Notes under the pieces: model-generated
Told to the model about the DNA's origin: nothing
Database searches by the model: none
What the model saw: only the letters and a program-made list of their open reading frames with translations
Source: an uncultured Nitrososphaerota archaeon
Lineage (GTDB): Archaea > Asgardarchaeota > Njordarchaeia > Njordarchaeales > Njordarchaeaceae
Assembly (NCBI GenBank): GCA_964518475.1
Contig: CAZFGR010000029.1
Coordinates: 1 to 19,412 of the forward strand
Direction of reading: 5' to 3'
Length of the DNA stretch: 19,412 bases
Made by a program: the position numbers and the translations under genes
Shown here: piece by piece, positions 16,485-19,412 of the stretch
Position numbering within the stretch: position 1 is the stretch's first letter
Layout: the number at the start of each line of letters is the position of its first letter

Positions 16485-16985
16485 TTATGATCTTTTACCA
16501 ATAACTGTTCCTTTCTTTCTCTCGAAATAAGGCTTTAGTTTTCTCATCAGGTACCATCGTAGAAGTATCATGTATACAGCGTAGAAGAAGAAACCATATA
16601 AGAGTCCGAGTAAAATTACTGAGATGAGCATGCCGACTGGGTACAATATATACATTTCGAGGTACGTAAAGTCATTTAAGGCAATGAAATAGATTATATC
16701 CCCGATTGCCTGAGATATTGGGTATGAAACGAGCCAGCCAAAACCAATCTTTACGATAGGGTAGCGTACAGAGGATATCTTGGGAATCCTAGAATATATG
16801 CTATCAAGAAAATAACTAAACAGTATCAGTGGTGAAAAGTGAGCAATACTCCAGACAATAGTCTCTATGGTTAAGGCTTTTAAGAACGCCAATAATACTA
16901 GGAGAAGACCCAGAGGAACTGTACTACATAGTGCACCAATCCAGCGTATATAGATTAGCTTAGGTGGAGCTCGAAGCATCGCCAT
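16485..16985 (-). CDS. Hypothetical membrane protein (about 4 TM)
   Basis: 166 aa with hydrophobic segments and a basic tail. GTGAGGA SD; starts 6 nt after the DUF2116 gene. Confidence 0.8.
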   Translation of the reverse strand: MAMLRAPPKLIYIRWIGALCSTVPLGLLLVLLAFLKALTIETIVWSIAHFSPLILFSYFLDSIYSRIPKISSVRYPIVKIGFGWLVSYPISQAIGDIIYFIALNDFTYLEMYILYPVGMLISVILLGLLYGFFFYAVYMILLRWYLMRKLKPYFERKKGTVIGKRS

Positions 16986-16991
16986 TCCTCA

Positions 16992-17210
16992 CTAGAAACC
17001 AATAATATAAATAGCTATGATCATTAAAATAAATCCAACCCCTAAATACGCGAAGCTCAACAAATTCTTTTTCCTTCTCCAGCGATTATAAGCTTGTTCA
17101 CACTTCACTGAGCAGAAAAGTTTGTTCACAGGAATAGGCTTCCTACACCACAAACAATGTGCATGAGGAGGTACTTGAATTAGATCTGCAATCTGCTTTT
17201 TCTTCATCAA
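16992..17210 (-). CDS. DUF2116-family Zn-ribbon protein with C-terminal membrane anchor
   Basis: PPHAHCLWCRKPIP...FCSVKC, followed by a basic stretch and one TM helix. GGAGG SD. Confidence 0.88.
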   Translation of the reverse strand: MMKKKQIADLIQVPPHAHCLWCRKPIPVNKLFCSVKCEQAYNRWRRKKNLLSFAYLGVGFILMIIAIYIIGF

Positions 17211-17265
17211 ATATAGCCTCCAATAAGCAACAATATTTGAGAAAAAATCACGTTCTTATTAAGAG

Positions 17266-17323
17266 TGGGGATAAAGATATATCTAAACTTAACGATTCAA
17301 AAGAATCTCTTCTTTATTCCCCA
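17266..17323. repeat. Intergenic inverted repeat / stem-loop
   Basis: TGGGGATAAAGA (17266-17277) pairs with TCTTTATTCCCCA (17311-17323) with one bulge. Inner hairpin GATTC-AAAA-GAATC. Confidence 0.55.
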
Positions 17324-17358
17324 AGCGCTAAAAAATAGAGAAATGAATGAGTGTTAGC

Positions 17359-17378
17359 AAAAATGAAAAATAGAAAGG
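17359..17378 (-). terminator. U-rich archaeal terminator after the Nramp-like gene
   Basis: Minus strand CCTTTCTATTTTTCATTTTT lies immediately after the stop codon. Confidence 0.4.
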
Positions 17379-17379
17379 C

Positions 17380-18882
17380 CTATTTGAAGAACGTCACTGG
17401 AATGTAGATGAACAAGAATGCATACCAGAAGAATATTGTAGCGATCAATAGGAATATGAAGGAAATCCATGAAGGCTTGACGACCTCGCCTGCTGGATGC
17501 ACCTTAGGTAGCCAGAACCAGTGAGAGTATAGGAATACCACCGAGTATAGACACATGATCAACAAGTTGCCAACTCCAGTCAAAATAATGAGAGCACCTG
17601 GCTGTTGGGTCCATACTTCAAATGTTGCAATTATGGTGAAGAGAGCTACGACAATGTAGAATAATTTACTATAATCGATTTTCTCTTTCACACCGGGTAT
17701 ATTAACATAGAGGTTGCTAGCTGTTGACCTAGCGATACCATCTAAGCCAGTTATGTATGTATCGGTTAGGAAGAAGAATGCTAGTATCCATAGGGCTATT
17801 CTACCAGCATGACCCCAGATAGTGCCGAACCATTCTGCCTGCTGTCTCAGTAAGTCGAAACCTTTACCAGGTATGAGACCTCTGGGGAACAGTATTGCAT
17901 AGGTTAGTATCGAAGTTAAGATGATCGTTAGTAAGTTAAAAACAACTCCAAAGGCATTATCGACCCATAGCCAAGTAATCCACTTGCTCCATTCATCAGA
18001 ATCTTTCTCAGAGAATGCGTAACCAATAGCTGGAATGGCCTCGGGCTCTCCAGTTAAGGGGCTTGTAACTCGGCCAATCAGAGCAGACATTGCCGCGTTC
18101 TTGTCTCTAACCCAGAAGGAGTAGTAAATGTTCCAGAAACCCCCCGCTCCAGTGTAGCAAATTAGTGTTACTAGGAGAGATGTATCGGCCGGATCCCATT
18201 GAACGATTCTTGATGCTATGGGGTTAGGATCTGTCCAAGTGAAGTTTACTAGAGGCCAGTGTGGGGTGAAGAGTGATGAGAAGTAAACACCTGCTGCTTT
18301 AGCGACTTCTGGTACAGAAACAGCGGCTGCCAACATGCCGAAGAAGCTTGCTAAAGCGGCGATAGCCTCTACTACTTCCACTATCTTATAGGCTACTGGA
18401 CCTAGTAGGAATATGATAAAGACTATCCAAATACCAATTGTTGCCCAAAATCTTGTAGCTAATGGGTGGTTACCTGGGAATGGCCAGTCTCCAACAGCAA
18501 ATACTAGAGCTTCAATACCGCCATAGATGTAGCCGGCGATCCAGAAAGATACTATGAAGACTAAGATAAACATGAGCCAACCATATAAGTGGTGGAGTCT
18601 ATGGAACTCCTCATAGATAGATTCTCCAGTAGCCATTGTGTATCTAGCGATTTCTAGGTTTATCCAATACTGTAAGAATGCGAAGAAGAGTAGCCATCCT
18701 ACAAAGTATGTTCCGTACTTAGCTACTACATAGGGCCACCATATAAGCTCTCCACTACCCTGAGAAAGCCCAGCCCATACAAGACCAGGACCGAACATTG
18801 CAGCCCAGCCAGGGAACTTGGGTAAATCTTTTACTTCCCATGGCTCTTCTAGACGTCCGAGGATGGGGCTTGATTCTGCCAT
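17380..18882 (-). CDS. Nramp-related (APC superfamily) transporter
   Basis: GPGLVWAGLSQGSGELIWWP, EIARYTMATGES, GAGG..N..YSFWVRDK motifs and about 11-12 TM segments. GGAGG SD. The DPGN metal motif of true MntH is absent. Confidence 0.85.
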   Translation of the reverse strand: MAESSPILGRLEEPWEVKDLPKFPGWAAMFGPGLVWAGLSQGSGELIWWPYVVAKYGTYFVGWLLFFAFLQYWINLEIARYTMATGESIYEEFHRLHHLYGWLMFILVFIVSFWIAGYIYGGIEALVFAVGDWPFPGNHPLATRFWATIGIWIVFIIFLLGPVAYKIVEVVEAIAALASFFGMLAAAVSVPEVAKAAGVYFSSLFTPHWPLVNFTWTDPNPIASRIVQWDPADTSLLVTLICYTGAGGFWNIYYSFWVRDKNAAMSALIGRVTSPLTGEPEAIPAIGYAFSEKDSDEWSKWITWLWVDNAFGVVFNLLTIILTSILTYAILFPRGLIPGKGFDLLRQQAEWFGTIWGHAGRIALWILAFFFLTDTYITGLDGIARSTASNLYVNIPGVKEKIDYSKLFYIVVALFTIIATFEVWTQQPGALIILTGVGNLLIMCLYSVVFLYSHWFWLPKVHPAGEVVKPSWISFIFLLIATIFFWYAFLFIYIPVTFFK

Positions 18883-18995
18883 ATTCTCTCCTCCACAGAA
18901 TGAATTAAAGAAGGAATATTTTATTTATTGGGAAGCCAAATATTTCATGCCTAAAATCATTTTTAAGTTTTCCGATGATTTTTTTTAAGAATTAT

Positions 18996-19011
18996 AAAAA
19001 AGGTTTATATT
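18996..19011 (+). promoter_or_regulatory. BRE/TATA promoter pointing into the IS right end
   Basis: AAAAAAGG-TTTATAT matches the archaeal consensus. The predicted start site is about 20 nt before the IS terminus. Confidence 0.45.
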
Positions 19012-19051
19012 TAGTATTTAAGGAATAATAAGATTGTTAACATTACTATCG

Positions 19052-19072
19052 GGCTTTGTTTCAAATTTATCT
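19052..19072 (+). repeat. IS terminal inverted repeat (right end), 21 bp
   Basis: Exact reverse complement of 561-581. Confidence 0.95.
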
Positions 19073-19117
19073 TTTTGCCCCTTGTCCCGTCCAGCCTTCT
19101 AAGCCTCTCTCAGCCGT

Positions 19118-19411
19118 TTAATTAGGGCTTAGTGCGGTGATCCTGGCCACATTGTAGGCTAAGACCGCGATGAAGGCGTCACAAATTCTCGCTTCCCAGG
19201 CCTTACTATGGATAACGTCCCCGACCATGGCCTTTAGGGAGGAGAACGCTGCCTTCACGAGACTCCTAACATTACCAACCAGGCCTCGGAAGGTCTCGTA
19301 GTTCATCCAAGCCCTGAGCCTAGGCCCGCTCCTAGGCGCCAGCTTCCCAGTTCTAGCCGGAATGATTGGGACAAGTCCACGCCTTTCCAGGGCCTCTATG
19401 ACGTCGGCTGC
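19118..19411 (-). CDS. IS5-family transposase C-terminal part (5'-partial), catalytic Glu apparently replaced by Lys
   Basis: Frame is open from the window edge: AADVIEALERRGLVPIIPAR...RSLVKAAFSSLK...VLAYNV. The R-x3-E-x6-K motif has K at the E position (AAG, 19255-19253). Confidence 0.82.
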   Translation of the reverse strand, partial: AADVIEALERRGLVPIIPARTGKLAPRSGPRLRAWMNYETFRGLVGNVRSLVKAAFSSLKAMVGDVIHSKAWEARICDAFIAVLAYNVARITALSPN

Positions 19412-19412
19412 A

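Larger units (their letters stand above)
19052..19412 (-). mobile_element. Partial IS5-family element, right part, same family and orientation as 1-581
   Basis: IR GGCTTTGTTTCAAATTTATCT at 19052-19072, a transposase C-terminus, and GC-rich composition. Confidence 0.88.

Noticed and set aside
1-19412. Circular element or plasmid closed through a single IS
   Set aside because: There is no target duplication between the two inner flanks, no replication or integrase gene, and the cargo is housekeeping-like.
1-19412. CRISPR array, tRNA or rRNA genes
   Set aside because: No regularly spaced repeats, cloverleaf motifs or rRNA-like tracts were seen in any intergenic region.

Overview
An AT-rich archaeal chromosomal segment, probably from a thermophile, judged from BRE/TATA promoters, GGAGG/GGTGA Shine-Dalgarno (SD) sites, many TTG/GTG starts and archaeal gene families. 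Both window edges are partial, degenerate copies of one IS5-family element with IS903-like ends. Between them lie two small hypothetical genes, tldD-pmbA, an unannotated dual-guide box C/D sRNA (about 4118-4172, minus strand), an MFS transporter and a HAD hydrolase. Next come a herA-nurA pair without mre11/rad50, converging on an aRadC/KaiC-like ATPase, then pfpI and a ferredoxin-thioredoxin reductase catalytic subunit. These are followed by a decayed second pfpI abutting a truncated, frameshifted CorA-like gene. The rest is a LysE exporter, a membrane protein with a winged-helix-like tail, asnB, an all-helical orphan, a small membrane protein, a DUF2116 Zn-ribbon protein and an Nramp-like transporter. 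The best candidate for an uncharacterised system is the herA-nurA(-aRadC) module. The clearest hidden features are the C/D sRNA, two probable non-canonical starts (AUA, CUG) and the 10.77-11.78 kb pseudogene scar. All family calls come from motif recognition; no searches were run.
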